Source: Nemertoderma westbladi (lineage: Eukaryota > Animalia > Xenacoelomorpha). From it: a stretch of DNA of 64,000 bases. Both the position numbers and the translations under genes were made by a program. The stretch's first letter is position 1, and each line of letters starts with the position of its first letter. The stretch covers positions 171,916 to 235,915 of the forward strand of contig JAUCBJ010007173.1 of the NCBI GenBank assembly GCA_032718475.1, in the 5' to 3' direction. Below, one piece after another: positions 1 through 13,565 of the stretch. Under the pieces are notes generated by a model. The model did no database searches. It was not told the origin of the DNA and was given only the letters and a program-made list of their open reading frames with translations.

Positions 1-2815
1 CCCCAGCAAGGCCACGCTCCCGCATTCCTTCACTCCGAGTCACCAGTGAGTCCGTGAGGTGCCGGATAAAAATCTCCGTCTCTCTAAACCAGATGCCGTC
101 GGAGGTACTAACAAGGGGTGTAAAGGACATCCTTCTTGCTTCACACACGCTGTTGTAGTGCTGTTTCTTCGCGCAGACCCGTTGTACAAGCAGGGGGGTC
201 ACTGATCGATTGGTTTGAGCATAAGATGGGGCGTCAGCGTTAATAACAGCGATGTCAAAAGACGCCACCCTCTGATTGACCCAAATCCCCCGAGCGACCA
301 GGTCCGCACAAACTCCTCCAACAGCTACTCATTGGTGATCAAGGTGACCTGACTCTAATGTCACCTCCCTCTCTACTGCTGATCCACCAACAACAGCAGC
401 TATCAAGTCTCCAAAGACTTCTCAGACCTCATTGTGTCTTTTTATAATAAGACCTCCAGACTTACAGCTGAGGGCATGCGTAGTAGTGAAAGTACCACAA
501 CCCTTGCATTCAGCAGGCAACCCAGGTGGTGAAATACCTCGGGTGCAAGGTTGGTTTTGTCTACCTCTGAAGGTTGTGCAGTAAGCCAACCACCGGTCTT
601 ATGAGAGGTTGCCCGAGAGACGGTTCTTTGGCATTCCAGCGGAATTTCTGAGAGTGCAACCTCTTGTGTGGCCTTGTAAGTCACATTCTGAGCTTCTTTA
701 CTTGCAGTCATAGTGATTTTAAGTAAAGCCTCATATCTACAAGGAGGGCTGTTGCTAATCTTGCTGGCCCCATACGAATCAATGGGTCACGGATCCCAAT
801 TCCACCATAGCGAGCCGGGAGCAAGAAGAGTTTCTCATTAGATGGGCCTGAGGCTGATGGGGTGCCAAATAATGATGGGATATAGTTGGTCAGGAGTGCA
901 TTTCCTTCTTGTCGGTATCTATAACACGGAGTAGATAATCCCACTCTGCTTGCTCACAGCGGGACATACCTGTGTGGGCAGTCTGTGGGAATTCAGTAGC
1001 TACCTCTGACAGCCGTTCTATAGAACGCACCCACCCTGTGACCTTCTCCCTGACAAAATGAGTTCTCCCTTCTGAGTCACCGATGTAGCCACCCAAAAAA
1101 CGATGGCCTGTAACAACCTTCACTCCCCAGCTGCCAAACATCTCATTGGCCTGTTCTTCCAATCCAGGTTTAACCACAAAATAACTCTTGGTTGGTTCTG
1201 GATTATATCCAATCTTCAATTGGAGTAGTTTAATCCACCAATCTCGTACCTGGGCCATTCTGCCTGCTGCTGAGGCGTCATCAGCATACCAACATTGGTG
1301 GCTTTGATATTGACTGGCATTAGCGGTAATAGTTGGTCCATCTGTACTCCTTGGGTCTGAGGTGATAAACCCCATGTGATTTGGGGATTCTGCTCGAATT
1401 GGATTTAGATCACTCTGGTTCTGGAGTGCACTGGCTGCTTGGGATACTTCCTTCAGTGCCGGTACCAATGGAAGTGTGCCGCACCCATAGAGGAGCATTG
1501 CCAATGGGTCCCCTTGGGTCACACCTTCTTTACTAAAGAGGGGGGTCTTACTGCCATGGATATACAATGCTGCATGGCCATTGTAGGTATTGTAGAGAAA
1601 ACGAGAGCAGCGATGCCAATAACGCCGGCAATTCAATAGTGCTACAGGGCGGCTTAGACTGTTGAACACATTACTCGCATCCACGAGAAGCACACATTCA
1701 GTTGTCTTATCCATAAATAGTGCGGCCATAGCATGGACACCTCCCTTGATTCCGGCTTTCACTCCTGCGCACAGCTGGTCTGCTCCACATTCTGTGATGA
1801 AGTCCATCTTTGTCGCTTTCGCGAGGCAGGCAGCAAGGAGCCGGTAAAGAACCTCGCCAACACCAATTGGTCAGACTCCCGGCTGCTTGTCAAGGGCTGT
1901 TAGTTTACAAGCCCGGAGGGCACGGATCTCGCCCCAAGGAACTACTGTGTTCGCTAATCGACGGGGCAATCCAGCCACTGCTTCTCGCAGATGAGAACTG
2001 TGTGAGTCGTAACGTATTAGGATGGCACTCCAGAACTCGGAGTCCCCCCCTACTGGACCAGAACCACCTTGTAGAGTACGAGAAGTCTTGAGAACCATCT
2101 GTCCAGTTATGTCCACTCCCTCAAAGGGAGGGAGAGGTCCGCATTCATAAACTTAATCCGATACAGGCATTTGGGGTGGGTGTTGAGATCCAGCACATAT
2201 CTCACTGTTACACCTTGTAGCTGGCACTCTGCTTGATCAACATGGTCCAGGACTCCTCCACTGTATCGATCTGTTACATGACGCACAGCTGCCCTGTTCT
2301 GACCAGCCAGAATCTTTCGATTATAGACTCTGGCCGAGTTAATGTGATTGATTAGTGCCACGATTGGAAGGAAAAATTTCCTTGAGCAACGCTCTGCCTC
2401 AATGACCAGTTGAAGGAATTCGCCTCTCTCCCACATGTCAATTCGCCGCAGTATTGTGCGCCTGATGTCTGGGCCCCTGATGTCTGACATCTGTGTCCCG
2501 TTGGAATACAATGGCAATGAATTACAATGGCAGTTCAGAGGGGCATACCCCACCTGTCAAGTTATTCAATTTAGTGGTGAGTTGATCAGCCACTATCCTT
2601 CCTACATTCCCACCTGGCAAAATGTATCTTCGGTCTGGCAGTTTATTCAAGTGTGCATGAAGGCTCTCCCATAATGTATCAGTTGATGATCCTGGGGCAT
2701 TGAACCATACTCCCACCATAGGCTGATTCGAGTAACTCGGCAGTTGAGGAAGTGGAGTTATTTGGATCATGGAGTTGAGTTTGAGCTGCAGTGTTGATAT
2801 CGTTGATCAAAACGC
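1..2815 (-). mobile_element. Decayed CRE-like (RLE-type) non-LTR retrotransposon, running off the window start
   Basis: Broken minus-strand ORFs give RT motifs (QLCAGVKAGIKGGVH, LVDASNVFNSLSR, GVTQGDPLAMLLY, WYADD) and LPARYGGIGI. Manual translation of 1-440 gives a restriction-like endonuclease region (RHNEV...ADLVARGIW...SFDIAVINADAPSY...KKQHY...FTPLV). Confidence 0.85.
890..1807 (-). pseudogene. Reverse transcriptase core of the CRE-like element (fragment of a disrupted ORF)
   Basis: 305-aa ORF with QGDPL and YADD motifs; flanking segments of the same protein lie in other frames. Confidence 0.85.
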
Positions 2816-2820
2816 ACATT

Positions 2821-4760
2821 AAGCATCCATCCAAACGGCGTGAGAATCGCCGCCGGATCCCGCTGCTTATTCTCTCCGAATATGGTCCTTACTCTCTCGT
2901 GGCCCGTCGGACAATCCATTCCGACTATGATGGATACCTTCAAGACGTCCACTTCTGGTATTGAGAAATCGTTATCGTCCAGGAACCGTATTGCTCGACC
3001 TCGATCCTGGTGGGTCTCCTGGCATTTATGTTAATCGATTCTATAATCTGTATGGGGTCGATGATCGCCCCATAATCACATCCCGGTGCTATTGCTGATA
3101 TCTCGCACCGTCCCGTTCTCATCTCCAGGACCTCATCCTTACTCGAGATTGTAGTTACCGCCATCCTACTCGGCCTCGTCTGTAACCCTATCTCCTCGGC
3201 CACCCAATTCTCCACCAGCGTGAAGGCTGCTCAGCTGTCGACCAGCATCAGTGTCGTGACTGATCGGCCGCCCTTTCCTGTTATCCTCATTGGTACTACC
3301 CCGAGTAGTATTTTACTCTTTCTCCTTCCTCCCGTCGTGCTCGTAGCCATTGTTTGGCTTCCAGTCTCGTCATATTCTGTCAGTGTTTCTCTACACTCTC
3401 CGAATCTGTGTCCCTCTATCGCGCATCGATGACATAGTCCGTTTGTATCCGCGTAGGCTACCCGATCTTGTTTAGGCAACGCTTGCCAATGCTTACAACT
3501 CATGGTCTTATGGGTTCCATCCCTATGCAATTGACATTTGTATCCTGGATTGTAGCGTTCCTTGTATAGCCCTTCACGTATCACGTGTAGGTTCATATCT
3601 ACCAGTTTAGTGTTTTGGTTATTTGGACTCGGCCTACTGGGTGTGTTGGGATTATGTTTGTTCGTGTTATTTTGTTTCTGTCCCTGCCACGGTGTGGCCC
3701 TACTCCCAGCTAACTGTGGACTTGTAGTCCCCTGCGTGGCCGCATGTGGTAGCGACTGTCTCACTCTCGGGAATGCATCCTCCACTTGTTCCGTAGCCAG
3801 ATCGGCAGTGCCTGCGATGTCGTGGTGATGTTATTCGATGCATTGAGCTCGTATGGCGCATCCAATGTGTCTTTAGCACGATTAACGCTTTCTCGACTTT
3901 GTTCGCGAAAGTCTTTATACTAACAGGGTTATCCTGTAGGCCACCTGATGTTATTCCCCTCAGGGTCTGCCGGATGATCTTGGCTGGGTGTCCCTATTCC
4001 CTGTATAGGGCCCGCCATGCAGTCGTGAAGCCACCCTCGATACCTTGATACTGCCTCACGATGTCGTATGCTGGGCCTCCCGTGTAAACCTGTAAATACT
4101 TTAGGCACTCCGCCTGCGTCAGGTTTTTAGTTAGTATTTCATTGCTGTACATGCGTCGGAATTGCAGCTATTCTTCCGGTCTGCTTCCGTCGAATTTAAA
4201 TGGCTCAAGTGGTGGTAGCTCGATCCTGGTCTTGAGCGCATCAATGAGTGTTTCCATACCCATCGCCTGTGCTTCCAATGGGTTCGATGGATGCTGTACA
4301 GACTCTCCTGTTGGGTGCAGTTCACCCGTCGGGCCTGTTGACCTTTTCTGTGTTGGATATATCATTGGGGGTAATGGCCCCCTCCATATCTCCGTATCGC
4401 ACGATCTATTCTGATCCAAGGGGTTCGGTGTTATTATTCTCGGTTGAGTGTATTGCTGATATTGTAATGGGGGAATGTCACCCTCCCCCCCCCCCCCCCC
4501 CCCCCACCGGTGTTATGTTTGGTACTGGGGTTGATGTTAATATATTGGGGACCAGACATCTATCAGCAATAACCCCCCCCCCCCCCCTCCCCTGGGTATA
4601 TGTTATGTCCCTGCATATTATAGTCATACTGGTGTGCAGGTAACGGTATAGGCCTATCCACTTCTTGCCTACCTACCGGTATATACGCCGCGACTTCCAG
4701 ATCTAATCCCGTTGTTCGCGCTACCCTATCGCCTACACTATCTCTTCCAGCATGTCCTAT
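2821..4760 (-). mobile_element. Old BEL/Pao gag-protease fragment (inverted), same family as the element at 38714-46163
   Basis: Colinear nucleotide and peptide similarity to ~41050-43150 (LIDALKTRIELPP.EPFKFDGSRPEE, CQLH...HKT..CKHW, LMLVDS, LTPFGW), with internal deletions and stops. Confidence 0.9.
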
Positions 4761-6685
4761 AGAAGTGGAATTGAATCCGCTTACAACTTCGTTGTGGCCC
4801 TAGATCCCAAAAAAGGTAAACTAAGGATGGTGGTTGATGCTTCCGCCAAGACAAACGGCAAGTGTCTCAATGACTACCTATTACAGGGTCCCAATATCTA
4901 CAACTCGGGGATTGAAGTTCTGTTAAGATTCAGGAATGGAAAACACGCCTTCACATGCGATATAGAGGGCATGTTTAACCAAGTTCAGGTGAAGGAGGAG
5001 GATAGCGATAGTCAATGCTTCCTATGTTACAATGGTGACGATGAACCATCAACTATACTAATGTATAAGATGGTGGTCCAGAACATGGGGGCCAAGTCTT
5101 CTTCATTCATTATGACCACAGCAGTGAGAGACACAGTTAAGGACAAGGATCGAGGATGAGTATAGCAAGGAAGCGATCAACATGATTCGACGCAGATTCT
5201 ACGTGGATGATGGAATGGGTTCAGGGAACTCCGTTAAGGAGATCATCGAGATGGGCCGCGAAGTTCACGACATCCTGAAGATCAGGATTCAACTTGACGA
5301 AGTTCCAGTCGAATCCAAAGAATTCATGGAAGCCATAGAGGACATACAAACTGAAGAAAAATTGGATAAACCAATGACAGTGAAAGAGCAGATTATGGCG
5401 GACAAAAGAGTAGAAACACAGCAGAAAGCTCTAGGGATCGTGTGGAACCGGGAGACAGACGAGTTGGAATACCAGCTAAGTCAGGAGGGTGCCGGGATCC
5501 ATACAAAGAGAGGCTATGTGTCATACATAGTGAGGATCTACGATCCACTAGGACTAGCATCTCCTTTACTAGTCATGGGGAAACAAATACTCAAGAAGGT
5601 TTACAAGATTAAGGACGAACTTATAGTATGCCACGTGTATACTTCCCGGATGGAGACTTGAGTGATTTGAAGCTACATATGTTCTCCGATGCATCACTGT
5701 AAGCATACGGTGCGGCGCTTTATTTGGTACAGTGAAAAGGGACTCATAAGCCCAGACTAGCGTTTAGTAAAGCGAGGTTGATGCCACCAGATTCAGCATC
5801 AGTACCGAAACTCGAACTAACAGGTGCGAGGTTGGGAGTGAGAGCGACAGGATATTTGGTAGATACGATACCAAGTATAGTGGAGACACTCTACTGGACG
5901 GATTCCATGGTGGTGTTAGGATGGCTGCATAAAGAGTAAACGCGCTATCCTATATTCATAGCGAACCAGGTGGATGAGATAAGAGCGATGATGGACTTGG
6001 ACAAGTGGCATTACTGCCTGAGGGGGAGGAGATATTCAGCCAGTTAGCGAGGATGATTAAGGAGGCGCCATCACAATCTTAGATGATAGAGTCGAGCGAT
6101 AACCCAACGGATAGGCTACTCGGTTACAGCACTAGCTGGTATAATACGTAGAAGTTAGTGGCATATCTGAGAGAGAGGAGCTGGTACAGAGGGGAAACCC
6201 AAACCTACCATTGATTTGGAAGAAGCAGCTAATGCAGTAATCCAATACGAGCAAGGGAAGGCATTCGGAGACGAAATTAAATGTATTAAGCAATCAATAA
6301 CTTCTCCGACAGGACAGCAGGATCCATGCGCTGTCGCCACAACTGGATGAGGATGGAATCCTGGTCATAAATTCCAGGGTGGCTAATAACACCAGTGCCT
6401 TGGTTCCACCAAAGCCAGTAATGATCCCTAACCAGTCACCAATAGTTCACCAGATCCTATGGGACACCCATAAGACCATAATTCACGGCGGTACTAAAGT
6501 GACCTTAAACGCGATCAGGAGGAAATAGTGGGTGACTCAACTTAGGAAAATGGTGAAGGCAGTAGTGGGGCAATGCATGCTGGCGGATGAAGAATGAGAG
6601 GGCCGTGCAAGAGATGGCACTGCTGCCAACCTCTAGGGTGAGACATCACGACCCACCGTTCACGCATAATGGCATGGACATGTTA
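4761..6685 (+). mobile_element. Old BEL/Pao pol fragment (RT, RNase H, start of integrase), decayed
   Basis: KLRMVVDASAK...CLNDYLLQGPN, CDIEGMFNQV, FYVDDG, KALGIVWN, TKRG...YDPLGLASP, FSDAS, PKLELTGA, YWTDS, MALLPTSRV...PFTHNGMD: Pao-type signatures, with many frameshifts. Confidence 0.9.
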
Positions 6686-8292
6686 GTTCGGGATATCTTG
6701 ACAACTCATCAATCATTATCAGGGCATGATCGCCAGTGGGAAATGGTCCACAAAAATCAAGAGAGACTTTCTGGAATGGGTACTCTGGAAGGGGATTCAT
6801 TTGCAGAGGAAGGCGATGGATTGATGGTACAACAACTTTACAGGACAAGCAGTGATGGACCATATTTTCGACTTTTCTGTCGAGGCATGGAAACCAACAT
6901 GACTGTCTAATGAAAGCTTTGGTTTTTGAAATACCTTGGTGTCCTATATGAGAATTCAAAAGCATAGCTTCTTCTAGCTATAGGGGGATAACTACAAGGA
7001 CTAGACCATCTAGAAACGTTAGTTTGTCTTTCACATGGAAGAAAGGGCAGAGCTGTACATCATTTTCTCTTTCAATCCAGTTTCTAGAGGTTATTGCTTT
7101 ACTCAGTTTCTGGAGACTATTTTGCCTACATTCTCGTATATCCTTTAAGGTAACAGCTTCGTTTACAGATGATTGGAATAGAGCATGAACATGATTAACA
7201 ATGTCATCCTCAAAAATATTTGCAGAGGCATCTGAAAATAAAGGGTGTCGAGATAAAAAGTCACTGATATTCTGCTTGCCTTTTACATATCTCACCGAAT
7301 AATTAAATTCCTGGAGGTACATTAGGAACCGTTTGATTCGTATAGACATTTGTTTCAAAGGGCTCATCAACAAGATCTCAAGGGGTTTGTGGCCAGTGAA
7401 TATGGTATAGTGCATGCCTAGGATATAACATCGGAAACATTCGGAACCCCACTTTGCAGCCAAGCACTCTCCTTCGATTTGGCTGTATCGGGATTCAGCT
7501 GACGTAGTGGATCGTGAGGCAAACATTCGTGGAATCCATTGGTTGGTTTGCTTATCATATTGAATAAGTGTTGCCCCGAGTCACTATTATGGAAATCTAC
7601 ATGGAGTTCTGTTTGGGCATGAGGATCATAATATCCAAGAAGGCAATCATCGGAGATAGATGACTTGAGTTTATCAAATGACTCCTGTTGTAGTGGTCCC
7701 CATTAGAAATGTTAAGGGATCGAAGGGGAGCTGTTAGTTTAGCCAACTCGGACATAAACATGCGAGATGCCCCTACCATTGCAATGAGCGATCGATCGCA
7801 CATCTTCTTTGCTTATGGGGGCTGGCATCATTCGGACAGCAGATACTTTTGATGGATCTGGTTTTATGCCTTGTGGCATAAGTATTACACCAAAAAACTT
7901 AACTTCAGTTGCATGAAAAATGAATTTGGATCGTTTTAAGGTAACCCCACCATCGACGAATCGTTTCATAACAGCACTCAGAGCCGCATTCATTCGACCA
8001 AAGATTATTATATCATCTGATATGTTTCGAGCACCTCTAATACCTGCAATCAAACGTCGGATTTCGCGATCAAACTCATCCTAGGCAGATGCTAGTCCAA
8101 ATGGGAGTCGTTTGTATCATTTATTGGTGATATGCGTATAAAAGGTGGTGAGGTGACGGCTTTCTGGTGATAATTCTAGCTAATCTTTGCTCCATTAACT
8201 GCAAAAAGGATGTTGTCTAAGGTAGGAAGATCGTTCTTGTTGCGGAGGACAGCCTTGTTTACTGCACGGCAGTCGAGACAAAAACTTATGGC
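6686..8292 (-). mobile_element. Old Gypsy pol fragment (RT, RNase H, integrase N-terminus), no LTRs seen
   Basis: ARNISDDIIIFG, RYSQIEGECLA, HKPL, NISDFLSR, SHIGHQGISKTK...C.SC, SLDFCGPFP...IDELSRYPE. Confidence 0.85.
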
Positions 8293-8509
8293 TGTTATGT
8301 CTTTCAGTTTGAATATAATGAACATATAATAGTCATATAATAATTCCATATAATGTATAGTTATATGTACCGGTATAGCAGTATTCCATGTAATGTTACA
8401 TGGGGACTGTCAGGCCATTCCACATACCGCCATACCCAGCCACCAGCTGACTATCCAATATAGATTGCTAAGCAACCATGTAAAATAATAATATATCTAA
8501 GATATCACA
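8293..8509 (-). repeat. 3' LTR of the Gypsy element (217 bp)
   Basis: TGTTATGTC...GATATCACA, matching 13229-13438 with several substitutions and indels. The adjacent 8510-8520 reads AGAAAGGGAGA on the minus strand (PPT). Confidence 0.95.
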
Positions 8510-8619
8510 TCTCCCTTTCTCCGAGATCAAATGAGTTTAAATGTTTTATATAATGTTATAAAAACCCATCACCGGATTTATGTGAGATTGGTCTATAGAA
8601 TAGCTATGTTTTGGGGATT

Positions 8620-11600
8620 CTAGATTATGGTGGTAGCACCAAAATGTACTAAGGGTCTTTGTGAATGCTCGCTGCATCGGGGTTGTAATGCTAGGGGTTC
8701 GTTCGGGGTAGTTTCGATTTTGTTTGGTTGTGGGTTAGGTGTTCGTTCAGTTTGGATGGGTTGTGTTGTGTCTTCCCATAGGAAACGGTGGTTGCGCCAC
8801 CAAACCCGTCCCGATGGGAGTTTAACTCGATAGTCCCGTTTTGGACCCGCGCTGATCACGGTCCCTGTACGCACCCAGTTCCTTTTTTGAGGGTCCTGGA
8901 TATGGACCAGCATCCCCACTGCTAGGGGGCGCAGGTCGTTGGTGGAATGGTTGTATTTCTCTTCGGCCTCTAGGCAGAAATTCGCTGCACGTTGGTCGAT
9001 TTCGTCTGCCTTCTCCTGCCACTGTTGTGAGTAGGCAGAATGATGTGCGGGAATTCTAGAACGCAGTAGTCTCCCAAAGACTATTTCATTGGGGGCACGC
9101 CCATTGGCGTGGGGGGTGTTTCGAATTTCGAGTAATCCGGTTTTGAATTCTTCAGAGTGTATAGAGTTTCGGGGAACCTTCCGGAGGAGGTGTTTCACAA
9201 GTTTAACTGCGGCCTCCGCGTGTCTGTTGCTGGATGGGAAATGCGGGGTACTTGGACTCCAATTGACACCCCAGCGTTGGAGGAAAGTGTCAAATGAAGA
9301 GGCGGCAAACTGTGTTCCCCCATCTGACCTGAATTTAGTTGGGATTCCTAAGTTTACAAACCATGGTCTAATGACGTTGGAGATGTCCTTGGATATGGGA
9401 TCATGTCGCCACTCGTGGACCATGGGGTAACCGGATAGTCTATCGATGTAGACAAGGTAGTGGTTTCGACTGATTGAGAATAGGTCGGCGGACACGGATT
9501 CGAAGGGGCGCTGTGGTAACTCGTCCGTTTTAAGTGATTCTCTCTGGAGACTCGGTCGGAGTTCCTGACATGATTCACAGCGACTAATAGTTAGTTCGAT
9601 ATCCCGATTCATTTCGGGCCAGTACACTGCCTGTCTCACCCATTGTTTAGTACGCGTCATCCCTTGGTGGGAGGCGTGTAGACGGTTGAGGATCTCTGGT
9701 TGTAGATCTGTTGGGACGTCAATGTGCCGGCCATATAAAACTATGTCATTAGTAATCGTGAGTTCGTGGGCGATTGAGTTGAACTTCGTCACATATGGAG
9801 ACGGTTTCTGCCCAGATCGGAAGTTATGTTTTATTTCCTGTATGAGTTCCTGGTAGTTAGGATCTTTAAGCCCGACCATTCGGAGTTCCTCCAATACCGG
9901 ATCCATGTTGGCGTCCTCTGCATTCTGGTTAGACAGGATGGAGAAAATGGATGCGATTATAATTGGTTCGATATTTCTGGAGTCATCGTCCGGAGTTGGA
10001 TCGACCACAGGTGAGCGGCTGAGGCAGTCCGCGATACGATGCGACTTCCCTTTAGTCCAGACGACTCGGAACTGGTATTGCGATTGTAGGTCTGCTTTGA
10101 TCCGTTGTATCTTCAAGTTCTCGATCTGCGTGATATTATAATCGTTGAAAACCGTAACGAGCGGTCTATGATCACTGACCACCATAAATGTTGGAAGCCC
10201 AGACAAATAAACCCGACATTTATTTATCGCAAAGTGGATCGCAACTGTCTCGAGTTCGAGTGCTGAGTATCTGGTCTCCGCGTCGGAGATGAACCAACTT
10301 CCACAGGCAACTAACTTCCATAGGTTGCCGTGGAGTTGAAGTAAGTCGTAGCCAAACCCGTGTAATCGACTGGTGTCGGTTTCCAGACGTGTCTCGGCGC
10401 CGGGGTCGAAGGTTGCTAGGATAGGGGTTGTATGAGGGCGTGTTTAACATTAAGGAATGCCTCTTCGTGGTTGCTAGTCCAGATGAACTGGTTTCGGGTT
10501 CGAAGAAGATCTCGTAAGGGGGTTGCGGCGGTACTAATTTCGCTACTAAAGTGTCCAACTTTGTTGACTAACCCCATGAAGCTGTGGAGGTCCGTTATGT
10601 TGCTGGGTGTTGGGAACTCTCCGATGGCCTTTACTTTCTCTGGGTCGGCTTCTATCCCATTCGTGGATACCCAGCGAATTTTACGCTTTGCTTGGCGAAT
10701 TGAAATTTGGATGGGTGTAAAGTAATTCCGCCATCGCGGCACTTACCGAGCACTGTCCGGATGTCGCTGTATGTGGTCCTCGAGAGTTTCGTCTTCAATT
10801 ATGATATCGTCCATGATTTTATGGACATGAGGAATGCCGTCGAGGGCCATATCACCGCGGAAGTTATAGGAGTCGCCCGCTGATATAAAGCCCATGGGCG
10901 CCCTGCAGTAGTGGAACCTTCCCCACGGGGTCAGGAATGTAGTGTAGTCCCGGGATTCCTCGTCGAGTTCTACCTGCCAGTACCCACTTTTAGCATCGAG
11001 GGTAGTGTAGAATTTTGCGCCGGACCTGTGAGTTGAGTTTGGTAAGATCCACTGTCATGCGGATCTCCCCCGGGCGGTTCGGATTGGGACAGACCACGAT
11101 TGGGTGGCACCAATCTGTCGGTCTGTCGCCTACCCGCTCAATGATGCCTTTTCACTCCATGTCGAGTAGTTCTCGATATGCCTTCTCCCGATAGGGAAAG
11201 GGAATTGGTATCGCAGCGTACAGGCAGAATGGAGTCGCATTATCAACGAGTTCGATCGTCATCGGAGGCCCAACCATTGTTTGAAGGCGGCGACCATCCT
11301 TGGCGAATACGTCATCGAATTCCTCCATGAGTTTAACTTTAATCGTTTCGGTGTCATCCCGTGGTGTAGTTATTGAGTTTATAACCGAAGTCGTAGCGAT
11401 TGGTGTAGGGAAATCTGGATGGACGACCCCGAGACCCTTACAGGCAGTTAGTGACAGGTAGATGTCACTCCCCAGATCCGGACAGATATAAACCCACTCC
11501 TTGTGGAGTTTATTTTCGATAGATAGCTCCAACTGGACCATTCCATCGCAGTTGATACGGTCGCTATTTACAGATTCCAGCGGTAAATTGGCTTTAATAA

Positions 11601-11658
11601 TTTTCGCACATTTTGGGAGTTCCAGTTCATTCATAACGTTGGTTCCCGCTGCAGTCAC
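8620..11658 (-). pseudogene. Gypsy pol (protease end, RT, RNase H, integrase) with frameshifts; integrase ORF 8620-10206 still open
   Basis: LDAKSGYWQ, PMGF, IMDD, SDHRPL, ADCLSR, LHASHQG...C..C, SADLF, SDGGTQF, HAEAAVK. Confidence 0.9.
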
Positions 11659-11693
11659 CTTAGTGCCGGTGTCTGCTATGCAGCATTTGTTTC

Positions 11694-13085
11694 CTATATA
11701 TTCACCGGATTTGAAGAAATCAATGGCGATAAGCGGCTTGTAACGATCCTAGTGCCGGTGTCTGCTATGCAGCATTTGTTTCCTATATATTCACCGGATT
11801 TGAAGAAATCAATGGCGATAAGCGGCTTGTAACGATCCTTGGTGTAACCGCCAATGTCTGCTATTTGGATAGCGCCAGTTTTTTGGGGATGTTTTGATTG
11901 GAAACACTGTGAGGCGAAGTGGCCGGATTTTCCACAGTTTTTACAGTTGTGACCACTGGCCTTGCACGGTTTATGTTCGCCATGGGGCCAGTCACCTCCA
12001 CAGTATAGACAGAGGCCCCGCTCCTTGGCGTGGCGTATCGTTTTCATAACCGACTCCCTGTTGTTGGAGTTAGAACGGGCGGTTGATGGCAACCGATTGC
12101 GTCCATCGTTTTTCCCGCGTTTATGACTGCTGCTACGATTCCACGGCCTTCGAGTTTGATTTCCGGCGGTGCGCCCAGAGTTACCAGCCTGGTCCTCCCT
12201 TCTATTAATTGGACAGACTCGTTGGTTTCTAAGCAGCTTAACGTCCTTAGCTGCTGTTTCCCTAGCTCGGAAGAAGTCCAGCGTTTCCTCTCGGGTTAGA
12301 GGAGGGTGCTTTGTAAATATCTCCTCCGGGGATTCATCATCTCTGACTCCACGGATAAGGATTGTTTTTATCCAGTTGTCCGGGGTCATCGCATTGAGCT
12401 CTGCGTCCTCGGCTAGTTCACAGCGGCGTACATAGTAGTCATCAAACGTTTGTCCTTCAGCTTGTTTAAGTTCAACCAGTCTGTGTCTGTCCACCACGAT
12501 GTTGCTCTCTGCTCGGAGATATGTTCGTATCTCATCATGGATTTGCCGCAAAGGTTTGTCTGTATCGGGAGGGATGTTGAGACAGTGGTGGATACGGCTG
12601 AGAAACGCGGGCGTGCAGTTGGAGAAGAAGATAGCTGTTTGGTCTCCTAGGGGTTTGGAATCAATGTGTATAATTTTACAATAGTTATTCCACTGCACCT
12701 CCCAGCGCTTGTAACGCTGATAATTGAAACGAGTGTCGAGTTTATCGGGGACTCGGGCCGTGTATTTAACCCCATCACGCCCCCTGGCATCGGCATTTCG
12801 ATCCAGTATCAATGCGTTGCTGGTGCCGTATCTGCTTAGGTTAAGCAGTTCAAAGAGTTCCGCTCGCTCTGCTGCCCGTTCTGCAGCACGGATGCTCTCC
12901 CGACGTTCGTCCTCTTCGATCCGTTCCCTTTGCAATAGGGCCAGGATTTCCCCCAGGTTTGGGTTTATGGAAGGAGGTGGTGTTTCGCCCGATATCACGG
13001 CGGATAATTGTTCGTGCAGAACTACTGTTGACGTTTTACTGTTAAATTTGACGTCGGCATTTCGGCAGTGTACGAGGAGAACCAC
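11694..13085 (-). pseudogene. Gypsy Gag plus protease start
   Basis: LKQAEGQTFDDY, CLYCGGDWPH...C and CKNCGKSGHFASQC knuckles, ADTGT protease motif. An 89-bp tandem duplication (11661-11838) shifts the frame. Confidence 0.85.
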
Positions 13086-13216
13086 GCGATCGAGTTCGTT
13101 GATCTCCTCGAGGGTGAGGTCCAGTGGATGAGGTAAATAGCGGTAGCCATTTACCGGTAGTTGTGTTTGTGGGTGTATTTATCCCTCAAAGGTTCATTAG
13201 CCGAATTGGCTAAAAA

Positions 13217-13228
13217 CACACTGCGCCA
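13217..13228 (-). promoter_or_regulatory. Canonical tRNA primer-binding site TGGCGCAGT (tRNA-Ser-like)
   Basis: Begins with TGG directly after the 5' LTR. The tRNA identity is from recalled invertebrate tRNA-Ser 3' ends and was not checked. Confidence 0.8.
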
Positions 13229-13438
13229 TGTTATGTCTTTCAGTTTGTTTATATAATGAACATATAATAGTCAAATAGTCATATAATGTATAGTTATATG
13301 TACCAGTATAGCAGTATTGCATGTTACATGGGGACTGTCAGGCCGTACCACATACCGACATACCCAGCCACCAGCTGACTATCCAATATAGATTGCTAAG
13401 CACCCATGTAAACATAATAATATATCAAAGATATCACA
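13229..13438 (-). repeat. 5' LTR of the Gypsy element (210 bp)
   Basis: Direct repeat of 8293-8509. Confidence 0.95.
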
Positions 13439-13443
13439 ATGGC

Positions 13444-13565
13444 GAGGGGATCTGGGTCCTGAGGCTTTGACGCAAAGACAAGATTTGAGACTCACGAAGT
13501 GGGAACATCTGTGGGTGCATCCTCAATGACTCCAGATTCTTCCAACAGTTTTAGGTGTTTTTCAA
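13444..13565 (-). mobile_element. Continuation of the old Gypsy RT beyond the nested younger Gypsy insertion
   Basis: Reads KHLKLLEESGVIED...VSNLVFASKP and rejoins FCLDCRAVNKAV at ~8290 once 8293-13438 and one ATGGC copy are removed. Confidence 0.8.

Larger units (their letters stand above)
8293..13438 (-). mobile_element. Full-length Gypsy (Mag-like) LTR retrotransposon with disrupted ORFs
   Basis: TG...CA LTRs at both ends; 5-bp TSD ATGGC (8288-8292 and 13439-13443); PBS and PPT present; gag-PR-RT-RH-IN order; two Cys/His knuckles in Gag. Confidence 0.95.
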
